In this document: positions 23,958 through 38,900 of the stretch, piece after piece
How positions within the stretch are numbered: the stretch's first letter is position 1
How the letters are laid out: the number at the start of each line of letters is the position of its first letter
NCBI RefSeq assembly: GCF_037042905.1
Contig: NC_087252.1
Span: 2,482,001 to 2,546,000 of the forward strand
Direction: 5' to 3'
DNA: 64,000 bases
DNA from: Lytechinus pictus
Lineage: Eukaryota
Made by a program: the position numbers and the translations under genes
The notes under the pieces: generated by a model
What the model was told of the DNA's origin: nothing
The model's input: only the letters and a program-made list of their open reading frames with translations
Databases searched by the model: none

Positions 23958-26900
23958 GTACGTACATGTATGCAACCCGATAACCCAGGGAGCTTCCGCC
24001 CGCTTCGCGGGCGGGAGCTCCCTGGGTTAGCAACCCGATTGATCTTTATTACCTTTATTACCGGATCTACTGGAAAAATGCAATTACTTATGCAGTCGTG
24101 TTTCCAGGTCTATCATTATCACTGTTGCTATCTCCATCTAACTATTAAAATAACGTGTGAATGATAACTATTATTCTCTGCCAAGTCTGACGTCTGCGCA
24201 CCTAACGATTTGAGTTAAGATTTAACATGATTTTCTTTTTATTTCACACAATCTTTCAGTTGATAATGTTCCTTACAAGCATGACAAGTTACATCATTGA
24301 CATTATGAGTTTTTAATTTGGTGTGCCAAATATCTCATAAAACTAAAACAAAGTTTGAAATAAATATAAGATAATCGTCAATTACCGGAAGTAAAGATCG
24401 GAAAACCTACACAGGCTACAGGAGAAGTCCTTTATTTCCGTACCTGATGTGATTGTGATGTGATATGATTTTCGGCGCTAATGCAGTTTCGCACCGGCCG
24501 ATTACCAGCATACCTCATCACCAATACTTGTTCCCAAATCATGTCATGACAAGTCTCTCAGTCACATTTTGAGGTCAATAAGACAATATACCCACCTCTT
24601 TTCCAAATATCGCGATCGGGAAAGGCTGTATTTGAGCTTTGATCTCGATGTCGTTCGAATCCTCAGACATCACTTCGTGGATCGCTTGGATTCGCCGTGC
24701 GCCGTTATCTTGATATGGACTGAAGTTATGCGACCAAAAGTTTCGCCTGCAGCATGTTGGCAGTTTGTTTGCCACATGTTCGCATGATTTGGTTGCTAAC
24801 TTCAGTCCATATCAACATTACAGCGCACGGTGAATCCAAGCGATCCGCGAAGTGATCTCTGAGGATTCGAACAACGACATCGAGATCAAAGCTGAAATAC
24901 AGCCGATCGCGATATTTGGAAAAGAGGTGGGTATATTGACCTCGAAATGTGACTGAGAGACTTGTCATGACATTTGGGAACAAGTATTGGTGATGAGGTA
25001 TGCTGGTAATCGGCCGATGCGAAACTGCATTAGCGCCTGATTTTTTTGGATTGAACAAAAAAATGGTGCCGCACCCATTCACTTTGCACGCGATTCTAGG
25101 ATTTTGATGAGAAAGGCAGCATTTTGAGGCCGTCACAAGAAATGCCAGAATTTAATTATTTTTCCAACATTGTGAGTCGGATTTTGTATTTAATATCAGT
25201 CTATGCATTAGATGTGTAAAGTTTGTGATCATTGCGTATCTTCTTTTATTAGAATCGCACAGATACGCATATGCCCAGCCCAGACAAGGGGACTGCGCAG
25301 ACTTAGGGGAACTTGCCATACTTCTAGCGATGTAACTACATGTATGGGAAGAGATGATAAATGTAATATTCAGGTCACTGTATTTGGATAGGGAATCACC
25401 TTTTCAAAATTTTGATTCTTGTTGACCAAAACTTTCGACAAAAATGAATGAGATGACATGCATCGTTTCTTTTCCTCCCAGACTCCGACCCAGAAAAATG
25501 AGAAAATATACAACGTTAACGGTTTCTGCCTTCTGGATCTGGATGTATACGATGCAAGGCCCTCTTGGGCATAAACGCATCTGGTGAGAGAGGGCGGAGT
25601 GAGGATAAGAAGGTTCTGTCAATGGCCTTCTTGAATGAGCTTGTCAATGTTGAGTTGATAACAGCGTCACTTGGGTGATTCCACTCAATAATAGTGGATG
25701 GGAAGAAAGAGTTCCTGTAGGCTGTACTATTCAGTTTGTGCTCTGATTGGATTGTAACACTTGTCATTACATACATCCATGGGTGATAAAAGCCCTTTAA
25801 AATCTAGATCGCGCATTCTTTCGAATGAGAGTCAGCATCATGTTAAAATGAAGAGATGGACTTGTAGTACAGGTCGAGACTTCATTTTCATATACATGTA
25901 CATGTATTACCTATCAGATATTGAGATAAGAGTGTTTTTACATGATGACCAACATGACCAAATTAGTGAATTGTGCTTTCATTCCTTACTTCCCTCATCA
26001 TGTATTGGACTTGTCTAATCTTAGCTGATCAAATTATGATTTAAAAACAATGTTTTGATCCGGGGGGGGGGGGGGGGGGAGTCACATATTGGTGGTATGG
26101 GGACATGCCGCTTTGATGACCCCCTTTTTCAGACCTATTAAATTTTCAGTTGTCTAGATACTCCGAACGACAAAAGTTCCGTTCAGAAGCCGCCACGCCC
26201 CGCTCGCAAAACCCCTGAATGAAACATGAAACATCTCAGCTCCCTAGCCCTGGCTTTACAATTCACTCCACTCCTCTAGCAGCTCCATGCATAGCTAGCA
26301 CCACATATACATACACAGCACCGGCGTGTACCATACCTACAGTACTGTGATCCCATTCTGTACACCCTGTTTTTCACATCGCCTGGTATATATTTGGTTC
26401 CCGAGACCCCATATTTTATCATTTCCTTAGACGTCCATTTCAGGGTTTTGTGAGGCACACCCCCATAAAAATATAATTTGAGTGCCCCCCCCCCCCCCCC
26501 CGTTTTTTATCCTATGGGGCCAAATTATATCTTCAGACTCTATGCTCTAAACGGCCCTAGATGGTCTATACATTTACTAAACTCAGTGTAAAGTCCTATG
26601 TGATGATCAATATACATGTATAAATTAGACCCTCTTGTGTAGAAATGAAGTGAGTGACGTAACTGTGGTAGCCTCGATAGGCCCTTCCTCACCAAAGTTT
26701 AGATCTTATCTTTTGTTGTTGTTTGTTGATGTCAGGTATAACACCTGTTCAGTGATAAATTTAATTCATTGTCTGATAATAATAGAATTGACAGCATAAT
26801 TAATTACTTTTTATGATTATTTTGATGTGTTGATTGCATGATGCACATTCTGTTTGCTCTATTCTGTTTGCTCTATTTTGTACATGTAATGGACAGAGCT

Positions 26901-29900
26901 GCTGCAAGCATAATCTAGGCGGTGGCTGCAGTTATTGTCTTTGCTGTTGAGCTGAACGCAAGCGATACGTCTGATCTGGCAAAGACTAAGCATTGTGGCT
27001 GCGTTAGCAGCCACCGCCTATACACTCCCGTCTGCCCAATCAATATTCATGTATTCATCTCGTCGTTTGACGTGTTGTAGTACTACAAAGTATGATGTGG
27101 TATTATGCCCCCCCCCCCCCCGCTGCCTACAGCCATGCAACAAGAAAAAGACAAATTCTTAGTTTCATATTGATCTTGTTCATACAAGATAAAGTCAGTG
27201 CTGTATTTTTTTCTGTCACCCAAAGCAATTATAATAAGTTGCCAGTGAAGGTTCTCTGTAAATAGCAAAAACAAACAAATTGTAAAAAAAAAGTAAAATC
27301 AGAACCTTAGATTTAATGTGTATCAGAGTATTAAAGTACAGTACTTCTTTGTACTTTCAACATTTTGTAGAATTAAGATGAGATACAAAAGTTTCTTTGG
27401 CACCAACGTTCTAATCCTGGTGAATGTGCGCAGCCAAATTGCTCTGTTTGCAACCAACGAAGATACAATACATGTATACAGAGGGCCCATCAACACTTTG
27501 CAGCGTAATTGCGACCAAACAAACAGAAAGAAAATGGCGGCGCACACGTACCGGGGTCGTAATGGTTCAAGGCAATAAATCAAGCAAGAAAATTGAGACT
27601 GCTTCGTACTATAAGAGTATCATGTGAAAAATTTATCTTGATATTAAAAAGGAAATATCGGCCCATCAAGCTTGGATCTATGACGGTATTGAATTTCTTA
27701 TGTACATGTACATGTATTTCTTTATTTTGAGCGGTCCACCGGTCTGAAAAAAATTTGCACTGGATACAGTCTTTATTACTTTTAAGGTAAATTGCACTAT
27801 TGTGTACATCCCATGCCTGAGTGAACCCTGAACTTCAAACCTTGTTTTCTCCTAAAAAAGAGCTCTCTGGTTAATTTCTTTCACAGTACATTCAATTATC
27901 GAGAACTTGCGTTGGTTATTGTTATTCATTTTTGACAAATTATACGTGATTGTAACAGGCATAGGGTGTGCTCTTACAAACTTAAAAAAAAAAAAAAAAA
28001 AAAAAAACATTTTACATGACTTATTGTTGGGTTTTGAGGTAGCAAGACGATACATGTAATGTGTGGTGCTATTGTGTTCTTATTTATTCCGAAATAGGAT
28101 TTTATTTCATTATCCTAATTTATGCAAAAAATTGAACCCCTTAACAGACATCAAATGAATGTCAAAGTTCCACAAAATGGTAAATTTATGCAAAAATTTG
28201 TAATTTTCTACTATTTTCCACTATCCATATGGTCTAATTGCCAATTCGTCCACTCACCATTTCGTCTCATAACCAGTTGGTCTACTAGCCATTTTATTAG
28301 TCCATATAACATTTGGTCTAATTGGAATCAGTTTTTATCGAGCTAAATTAATGAAAATGAAACTGATATTAGACCAACTGGTTATGAGAGGGATTGGTCA
28401 CAGACGAAATGGTGATTAGACAAAGCGATGATGGGACCAACTGGTTGTTAATAATGAAATGTTGATGGACAGAATGGCATTAGACTTTAAAATGAAAGTA
28501 GACCATGTGGTGAGTGGACGAGTGGGCAGTACGAATTGGCAATTTGCCATTTGAATTCATGTATGTACATTTTGACAGTGTTCTATTCTGAAGCTACATG
28601 TACTTTCACTCTTAAAGTATCTAAACCAGACCAGCATACTACTTAAAATCACCATAAAGCTGTTTGTTTCAATAATTAACATCAAATTGCTGATGATTAT
28701 TGAATCACCACAAGGGAATTAAAAGTCACAGTTTTGAATACATTGTGTTTGACTGAGTGCTCTATTCAGTACACATGCTTGTAATCCTTTCGCTTTCATT
28801 CTAACCAATTCATCTATACCAGTATACATCACTTCAAGTAATTTAAAGCTAGTAGCTCATCTAGTGTTTGGTTTTGAATTTACTAGAAATTAACTCACCA
28901 CAGGGTAAAGTCAGTACAGATTTGATCAGATTTTGATAGCATTCTATTGAACTGTAATTGTTCAATCCTTCTTTCACTCTCATTCTCAAAGCATCTAAAA
29001 CCAGTGTGCAAAAGGACAAGTCCACCCCATCAAAAAGTTGATTTGAATAAACAGAGAAAAATCCAACAAGCATAACACTGAAAATTTCATCAAAATCGGA
29101 TGTAAAATAAAAAAGTTATGACATTTTAAAGTTTCGCTTAATTTCACAAAACAGTAATATGCACATCCTGGCTGGTATGCAAATGAGGAGACTGATGACG
29201 TTATCCACTCACTATTTCTTTTGTATTTTATTATATGAAATATTCTAATTTTCTCCTCATTGTCAAGTGGTACAATGATTAATTTCTCCCTGAACATGTG
29301 GAATTAGCATTGTTTAATACTACATGTATATGGTTCAGTCAAGTTGGTCCTTATTGTCAAATCTACAAAAAATGGAATATTGTATAATTCAAAAAAAAAA
29401 AAAAAGAAGAAATAGTGAGTGATGGACTGACTCACCTAGTTGTGCATATCACTGTTTTGTGAAAAATAAGCGAAACTTTAAAATGTCATAACTTTCTTAT
29501 TTTACATCCGATTTTGATGAAATTTTTAGCACTATGCTAGTTTGATTTTTCTCTATTTAATAAAGTCAGCATTTTCCTGGGGTGAACTTGACCTTTAAAA
29601 ACTGGTATCTACACATGTGATGTTGTTTGTTTGAACTTATAATGTGTATGATAACTCCTCACAAGGGAAAGACAATACATTGTGTTTTAAATGCACATGC
29701 TCATAGTCCTTCTTTCACTTTCATTCTAACCCAATCATCTACATGTACACTTTTATACCAGTATACATCACTTGAAGTCATTTAAAAGCTAGTAGATCAT
29801 CTATGATATCAAAAGTGTTTGGTTTTCAATTTACTTAATCAATTTACGTTTCAAACTCACCACAGGGTAAAGTCGATACAGATTTGATCAGATTTGAAAG

Positions 29901-32900
29901 CATTCTATTCATGTTCAATCCTTCTTTCACTCTCATTCTCAAAGCATCTACCAGTATGCAAATTGAAATCCACATAATTTTTTTTATTATAATGTGTATT
30001 ATATTCAATTTATTGATGATTTCTAATTAAAACTAACCACAAGAGAAAGTCAATACAGATTTGGATGAATACATTGTGTTCTACTGTACATGCGTGTGTT
30101 CTATTCAGTACACATGCTCATAATCCTTCTTTCACTTTCCTTCTAACCCAAGCATCAACAGTGTAACAGTATACAACACTTGAAATCGTTTGAAGCCAGA
30201 TCTTATTAACATCTCAGGGCGTTGGGCAGTGAAGTGTGCATTGATTGTCAGTCAAGCATGTAGGCTGTAATTTACTCTTAATTGAGACAAAGCCAGATTT
30301 CCTTCATTACTATACCCCGTTCACACCATAGGAAAGTTGAAGGCTCGCTCGCTTTAATAATTTTTGTATTGCCCTGGGGCTGTTCATATTACATCCTGAA
30401 TAAAAGAGTGCACATGTAAATAAAACCACTCCACTCTCGAACATAAAAATTTCTCAAAAAAACTTGTTCAATATCAGGGGGGGGGGAACCAGGATTTTCC
30501 AAAAAGGGGGGCACATTTTCAGAGGAAAAATTCAACAAGCAATTTAAAAAAAATAGAAAAACAAGGTTTGTAACCAAAATTTAAGGACATTTCGTCCACG
30601 AAAAAGTTTGACAAGCAAAAAAAGAAATAAGGTCTTCACTTTCAAAGGGGGGGGGGGCACACTTCTATTTTCACAACATTTTTACATTAAAATTGTTAAT
30701 TGTGCCTCTCAAAAGGGGGGCACACAGGCAAGTTTGAAAAGGAAGTGGGATTACCATTGCCTACAAGTGTATGTTCAAATGGAACGTGTATCCATAGAGG
30801 GTTAACCACAAAATCTGAAAATCATTAATTTTTTTCACTTACAACTGTTATAAGCTACTGAATTCCTTGCATCTAATTGGCTGAGAGCAAATCTCTTTGT
30901 TGAATTCTGATCACTGAATGCACCATGCTCTGTGAAGATACTCCCTAGAATGGGTGATTACATGTTTGCATGGATTTATTTTCTAGTGTAAATGGCCCTC
31001 CTCAGAATTGATCATAATTTATATTTCATTTATTTATAAACAGGAAATACAAACATACATCATGCTATGTACACCGTATGGAAACATTTTGAATCAGCCA
31101 CCATAAGGAAGTGCACTGATTATTTTTGTTTTGTTTTTATTGTAGAGAATCCAGAATCAGGCGCATGCTTCCTGATTTGAGAGGTTATGTTTTACCTCGA
31201 AAGTATGTTCTGTTTTATACGCTGACAATTTTTAGATGAAAAATTTCTCTCACATCATCTTGAATCTGTTTTTAATCTGCCAGAATCCCGAGTGGGAAGG
31301 TGGGGGGGGGGGGGGGCAGTCAAATGTATGGCTGTACACACGCATGGCCAAATTATTTCCAAACACCCCCAAAAACAAGTTTTTCTCTGTGTGCAAAATA
31401 ACCCCCTAAGCAAGTTTTTCGCGGATTTATTTACACATTAAGTTGGCCCCGAATCAAGTTGTCGCCAGAATATGACCCCGGGGAAAGAGCTTGGGGGAAA
31501 AAAAAATGCCCTAAACATGTTTGGCTAGTCTTAAAAAAAAGCTTTGGAAAATATTTTTTTGATTCTGTGTATATAACACAAAGCATGATGTTGGTTTGGG
31601 GAAGCAACTATATAGGGACTTTAAACCAGGCTGATGTTGGATTGACTATGAATGCATTATAAACAGAATGTCTTGATCGTCAATCTTCTTACCACCTACT
31701 TCTCCTCCTTGCTGCATAATTTATAAGGAAGGTTCATTTAAAGAGGCCTGATTGATCAATGCTCTGTCCGATGCAAAGGCAGTGAATGAATATTAAAGCT
31801 CGACTTCTTCACTGAGTGAAGTAGTTTTTAAGAAAATCTTTTGATTTTGCAAAGGTCTTTGCGCGCTGATGCTGCATTATTGCACATTGGTAATCAAATT
31901 CAACAATCTAAATAATTAGTTTTCTCCCGTACCTTCAAATTGGATAAGCTAAAAGGCAATACTTCTTGGATAACATCTATATGATCATAATAATAAGTGT
32001 CAGTGGAGCTATATGGAAATCTTGAATTAAAGAAAATAACATGGAAACAATTGTCATTATTTATCCCAAAATAATAATTTAACATGCAAAGAGTTCAATA
32101 TTTCAACACATTAAAAAAAAACTTTCATGGAATGCACTTGATGTAGACCGACATAAGTACACTATAGTCACACAGAAGGTATCATTTTTTTCATGCAAAC
32201 TTTACTTTCTTTTATTTTTTGATATTCATATTTTATTTATTCATGAAATTGAATGAAAAATTAACAATACAGTATACATCTAGTTGCCAATTTGAGGATC
32301 ACTTACATGTACATGTAGAGTGAATTTTACGTACCTTTATATGTAGCGTACATTGTAAATTGGCTTGTATTCTACTATAATATTGTAATTCAAGTTTCAA
32401 TTCAATTATTTTCCTAATTTTCAAATAATGATCCTAACGATAAACATAATACAATGCCTGAATACATGCATATATAAAGGCCACCGCACACCTTACGACC
32501 TTCACTGGTCTACGACTGGTCTGCGACTGAGTGAAGGGAGATGTGACGTCACAGCTCTTGTCAGCTTGAGAGTTGCAGACCAGTCATAGTCAAATTGCAA
32601 GGAAAATTGTAAGGATTTGACATGTTGAATACTTACAACTGGATCGCTAGCACAATATAAATGTGACTCGTCCTGTCAAAAGCAGACAGAATTCGATTTT
32701 TTCAAACATAATTTTTTGTAAGATTATGATTCTCCATTTCTCAAGCTTTAATTTGGTATATAGCACATGCTAAGGGACATGGTATTTGCTGAGAAAATAG
32801 TTTTTAAATGTCCCAGGTACGAGAGTTCATAAAAAGTATTTTTACGAGAAAATCGCTTCTGAAGTTTCGCCCGCTTTCAGACTTCTCGGAGCTTTTTTCA

Positions 32901-35900
32901 CATGTTTCACGCGGAAACTCATCCTTTCATTGACTGAAAGTGCTTAGCAACCGTCAATGATTTACAATAAAATTGGGTTTTCCTGAATCCTTGAGATCTC
33001 TCCTCAAAGAAAATAAGTTTTTGTAATCGTTTCAACCATTAATTATACGTTTTTTTTAAGAGAGAAACACAAGCTAATTTTATTGGACCGTGAGGGATTT
33101 TGCGTGGCTTTTGCCGTGTCTGGTGTTGTTCTCTGTCTATTGTCACATTGTGCTTTCAGGTGCGATTGTGTGTGGCGTCCATGTTGAATGCGGACTGAAC
33201 CTTTTTGAGTCTATACCAGCGCCTGTATCGGCCCTATACTACCATGAGTCTAATCCGGGAGTTTAATCTGCTATCTCCTCATTTTTTTTCTTCTCCTTCC
33301 TCTCTTCCTTCTTTTTTGAAGTTATTATCAATTTCGTGGCATCTTAAGAACTTTCATCACCTTTATGAGAAGAGTTTAAAACGTAAAATGCCGGGGTAAA
33401 ATGAGTAAAGCGAACTGTGTTTATACCACCGTAAAAACCAACACACAGAGGCACACGCCGTCTTTGCTTTTATTCCGCTTTATTTTTCTTCCATGAAGGA
33501 TATTTTCACAGATGTGTTTCTTAAAATCATGCAAGAAGTCTAACATCCCCCCACTCATAGACCCCGCTTTTTGTTAAGAACGTGTTACGTTTAACTCTTA
33601 GTGTTCGTTCTCTTTAAAATTGATTAACTAAACTCACTTCCACTGCCGATCAATCTTTTAAGGATTTGAAAATCTTTCTTTTGAAAATGTTAAAAACGCT
33701 AATGAAAATATCGTAATCATGATTAAAAGAAACTTTCTTAATTCTGCACATCCTTGATTATTTCAATGAAATTAATTAATCCTCACATACATGTACGACC
33801 GGTCTTTTTAATACGTCTTGTCCTTGGTTATTTCGCGTTCATTGTTCATTATCAATTTTTTTTTTAATACGTAGAGGCCTATGCTTGCACCATCAAAAGT
33901 AATAATAGGAATCTGGACAGATTGGTTTCTTATCTTTTTGTTATGATTGTGTTGTTTGTATTTCGTCATGAAGGCCTACTTAAGCCAGACACAGATGCTA
34001 ACTCGAACATAATTGTTTGTTTTTTATTATGATTTTCTATCATAACTTTTTTATTAAACCACAAGCAAGATTCAGTATTGATGCCATGTTTTTTTATCAA
34101 CCATCAAAGAACGCTATATGCCTATGACAAATTAATATTAAGCTTATTAGTCATTATTCTTGAATTGGTTAGAAGATATTTCATTTTAATAGCTAGTACT
34201 ATTGAGATACGGATAAAAGATCAAGCTCCTGATATATTTTTTAAATTGTATTTAAAAAAAAAATCATCATTCATAATCAACATTTTTACCATTACAGGCC
34301 TATCATCATTACCATTGTTATTTTATATCTATGATTACTGTTATAATCGTTAGTATTACTGTCATTGTTATTTCCATTATTATTATTTTTTCAATTATCA
34401 TGATTATTGTTGGTGATGGATTAAGCCATCAATTTCTTTCTTTTTCTTACATAATTCACCATTGTGAAAGGGGCTTCACTTGGATAGCGCAAACTTTGAT
34501 GTTCGATTTAATTTCTTTATTTATTCTCTTTAAAACTAATAGATTAGCACACGTTCACGGACTATCAATATTTTCAAAAGATTTGAAAATCTTTAATTCT
34601 TTTGAAAATGCCATCTCCGAAAAAAAAAACGTTTTAAATAATGAAAAGATCCTGATCATGGCCTATGATGGAGAAAGTACCTGTTATCATTGTCTCCTTG
34701 ATAGTATCTTTTGTAATTCTAAGGAAATTAATCCTCATAAAAAACCGTGTTTTGAATACGTTTTGCCCTTGGCTTTTATTTCGCGATTATACTCGAGCTC
34801 ATAATCCATCGCCCACGCCCCCGCCCGGCCCAGTGCCATTATCGCCACACCTACGCCTTTAGAATTCGCATCCTCTTTGTAAACTTTTCTTAAAAACATG
34901 CTTTTGGGAACACAAAAAGCGATGTTTTTGATCTATCTATTTGAAGCGCGGGCGGGAAGGCGAGGGGGATGCTTCCTTTCTTTACCCCAATCTAGCTTTT
35001 ATAATTAGAAGAAAAAACCTAAACCTTTTGAAGTATTTTACAAAAACTTTGCACCTGGCGCAGGCCGGGAGCATCCCCACCCCCATCGCTACACCCTGGA
35101 CTATCTTCATTGTTCATTATCAAATCTGTCTTTTTTCTACGTAAAGGCCTATGCTTGCACCATCAAAAGTAAAAAATAGGAATCGTAACAGATTTTTTTT
35201 TTTTAATTTATTTTTGTAATGATTGCGTTGTTAGCATTTCGTCATGAATAGGCCTACCAAAGCCAGACACAGATGCTAACTCGAACATGCTTGTTTTGTT
35301 TTTTATTATTATTTTCTATCACAATAACATTAAACCACAAGCAAAATTCAGTATTAATGCCATGTTTCTTCTCACCCATCAGAGAACGTTATTATGCCTA
35401 TAGGCCTTTAGCAAGAAAACACTAAGATTAAGCCTAGTAGTTTATGATTCTTAAATTGATTAGAATTATTTTATTTTGATAGCAATAACTGTTGAGATAC
35501 GGAAAAGGCAGTACAAGCTCAAATTGATTTTTATATTTAATTATTGATTTTCTTTTAATTATCATAATTATCATTTTGACGATTATCACCACCATCATCC
35601 CTGTAATTATAATTGTTATTTTGTATTATCATTATTATTATTTTCGTTAGTATTATACTATCATTATCATTGTAGTTACCCTGAATCACGATTATCGTTG
35701 GTGATTGTGATTGATTAAGCAATCGATCTTTTTTTCTTGTTTCATCTCTCTATTGGATTTGTTGGTATCTTTGTTAACATTTCGCTAATGCTATTGTTTC
35801 TTCAAACGACATGAGAAAATTTGACGGCGAGAGGTTTGAATCATAAAGGGTTTGATATGATTCTAATCCCTATAAGTTCACAAAGTGTACAGTAAACAGT

Positions 35901-38900
35901 ATACATTTCCAGATCCCGCTTTCCCTATCTTGAATAAGTGATTATGATTATTCCCGCTACAGTTTTAGTTCAGTTCAGTTTTTTTTTTCTCATTTCCCCA
36001 AAAATACAAAATTACAAGTATCATGAAAATAATGCAAAGTAGAATACATGTACATGCAATCTACCTTTCAGTTATATTTATATATTTTCAGTTACATTTG
36101 TAAATGTGAAACCAAAATTGATAAAAACTCATTGCAATAAAAAACTATGGTGAATATTTCGCTGGAAATGAAGAGGTCCACTTAGAAGCTGGATCGTAGA
36201 CCCCTCGGATAACAATAGTTATAATGAATTACATATGAAATAAATACCTATGACAATGGCCAACAGAGAGAACCATACAAAAAAAGAAAAGACATGGGAA
36301 TACACAGTGAACCAACATAGTGAGGGGAGAATGATAGATTTGATCTCTTTCGTTCTCTTGAACTTAATAAATAAACACGGATTCACTGACGATCAATATT
36401 TTAAAGGATTTGAGAATCATTCTTTTGAAAATGCCATCTCAAGTTTAACGCTTAATGAAAAAATCCTGATAATGGGCCTAAGATTAAATAAAATATTATT
36501 TCTCAATTCAGCATATCCTTTGTAATTTCAATGAAATTAATCCTCACTTACAAACCGTGTTTTGAATACGTTTTGTCCTTGGCTTTTATTGAGACCCAAT
36601 AATCGAGCTCATCGCCCACGCCCCCGCCCTTCCCAGTTCTATAACAACCTTCCCGCCCGCGCTTCAAAAAGATAGATCAAAAGCATCGCTTTTCAAAAGC
36701 ATGCCTGTTAAGAAAGATTTACTAACGGGATGCAAATTCTCAACTCCAGCTCATCGATTTCAGCTAAATAATCCCCTTCATGCACCGGCTACGTGCGAGT
36801 ACTATGAATAGCCAATCAACAATGGCGTACGTTGCTAGGGGCGGAGCTTAGTACAGCGCGAAGATTTGAGCTTGCTGAACGAGCGGAGTGTCAGAAAAGT
36901 TCGAACTGACCGAAAAAAACACTCGCAGAAAAACGGCTTTTTCGATACTTTCCCGTTATCATTTTCGATTGATTTTTTTACAGACTATACTTGAAACATT
37001 AAACATCCCTAAAATGTAAAAATAAAAATTTCGACATTTTTGAAGATTTTTAGCATTTTACCCATTTTCTCAATTCGGTATCGAGCGACTTCTGTCTGAT
37101 TTAGACAAACCATGTCACAAATGTTGTGGATCATCATCGTAATAAAGGGATGGTCCGGGCTGAAAATATTTATATCTTAATACATACAGTAGTGTAGAAT
37201 TCACTGAGCAAAATGCCAAAAATTTCAAAATCGAATGACAAATAATAAAGTTATTGAAGTTTAAAGTTTAGCAATATTTTGTGAAAACAGTCGTCATGAA
37301 TATTCATTAGGTGGGCTGATGACATCCCATCCCCACTTTCCGTTTTCTTATGTTATTACATAAAATCATAATTTTTTCATTATTTCATACTTGTGTGAAT
37401 AATATGTCTCCTTATAATGAAATAAGTTGCAGCAATAAATATCTAATGCACTAAATCAGTTGTCAATCCAATTTTTCTAGTTCTTGGAGGAAAAATTGAA
37501 TAAACCTAATTTAATATAATAAAATACAAAAGAACAAGTGGGGATATGAATATAAAAAAATAAAAGAAAGTAAAGTTTGCATGAAAAAAAAAATACATTC
37601 TGTGTGACTACATATATATGTAGTGTACATGTAATATGTCGGTCTACATCAGTGAATTCTACTCTATGTATTAAGATATAAATATTTTCAACCTGGACCA
37701 TCCCTTTGAGGGAAGCTCGTCTGGACATTAATTGTAGTAATGGTATACATGTACAGTAGATGATTATAAGAAGTGTAGGGTAAATGTGATCATATAATAA
37801 GATAAACTAATTAGGATTTTGATAACAAAGAAAAAAAGAATTGTTCCTTCACAAATTAAATTATATCTTGGATCAGCTGACACTAAAATAAAATAGCCAA
37901 GCATTATATCTTTTCCAATTGTCTGTTGTTTCTCATCAGGATGAAGCTATCCGTTTCCACTTCACGAGCGATGATGCGGTTCCAGAGTTTCCTGTGCTCC
38001 TGGTAGTTAAACAGATGAGGAGTGTGCTGTCTTGGACTGTGCCTTATGTGTCTACTGATGGGTAAGATAGATGTTCCGATTTAAGTCTTAAATTTTACAT
38101 ATTAAACAAAAAACAACAGTGTACTATTAAAGGCTACTCTTTAGCCAGAATGAAAACAGTAGTGTGCGAGCAAAGTTCTTGTTTTACAATGAATAATTTT
38201 CCTAATTTTTAAAAGCATTGCTGTCAGATTCTCCTATTTTGACATTGAAATAGTGAGTCTTAATATAAGTGAGCTGGCCCTTTGTGATTTTTTTTTGTCA
38301 TTTGTTTGAAAATGTCTTTTTCTTTCCTTATTAAAATTTTACATTTATATTTATTAATAACAGACATTACACAAAGTGCAGGGTTATTCAGTATATAGCC
38401 ACAATTAAAACATGAATATTTATGTGCAAGCAAAGTTCTTGAAGTGCATCAATTTGGAATATTTATCCTGATGTTAAAGAATAAATGCTGTCATATTCTT
38501 TTATTTTGTCTTTAATCTTTTCAATATACTGGCCGTTTATGCTGTTTTTGTGGGTTTTTTCTCATTGGTTGAAAATATATTTGCATTTATACCTTATATC
38601 CGGTATGTATTCCCAGATTTCTACCAAGATAAATATTTATGGGGTGCTACAATACACTTACATGTATGCTTTATTTCAAATCTACATATATTGCAAGTCT
38701 CAAATTCAAACTTAATGGGTCGTTACAAGAAAGTTACATGGCAATCAAGAGCAAATAAACAAAAAAAAAGCATTTCACTTGCACTTGATTTATGTTTGAA
38801 TCAGAATTAAATATTTTATATCAGTCTAATGCACATATGATGTATTCATTTCCCTGCCCGCAGCCAAAAGTATGGTTCCGTCAGCAAGACGCTGTGTCCT

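Noticed and set aside
23958..24164. C-terminal part of the 149-aa ORF 23715-24164
   Set aside because: Read-through into intron 1. SIDT similarity resumes at 37940.
24569..25136. Mirror-image ORFs ([13 protein letters not shown])
   Set aside because: Artefact of the long inverted repeat, with no recognisable domain.
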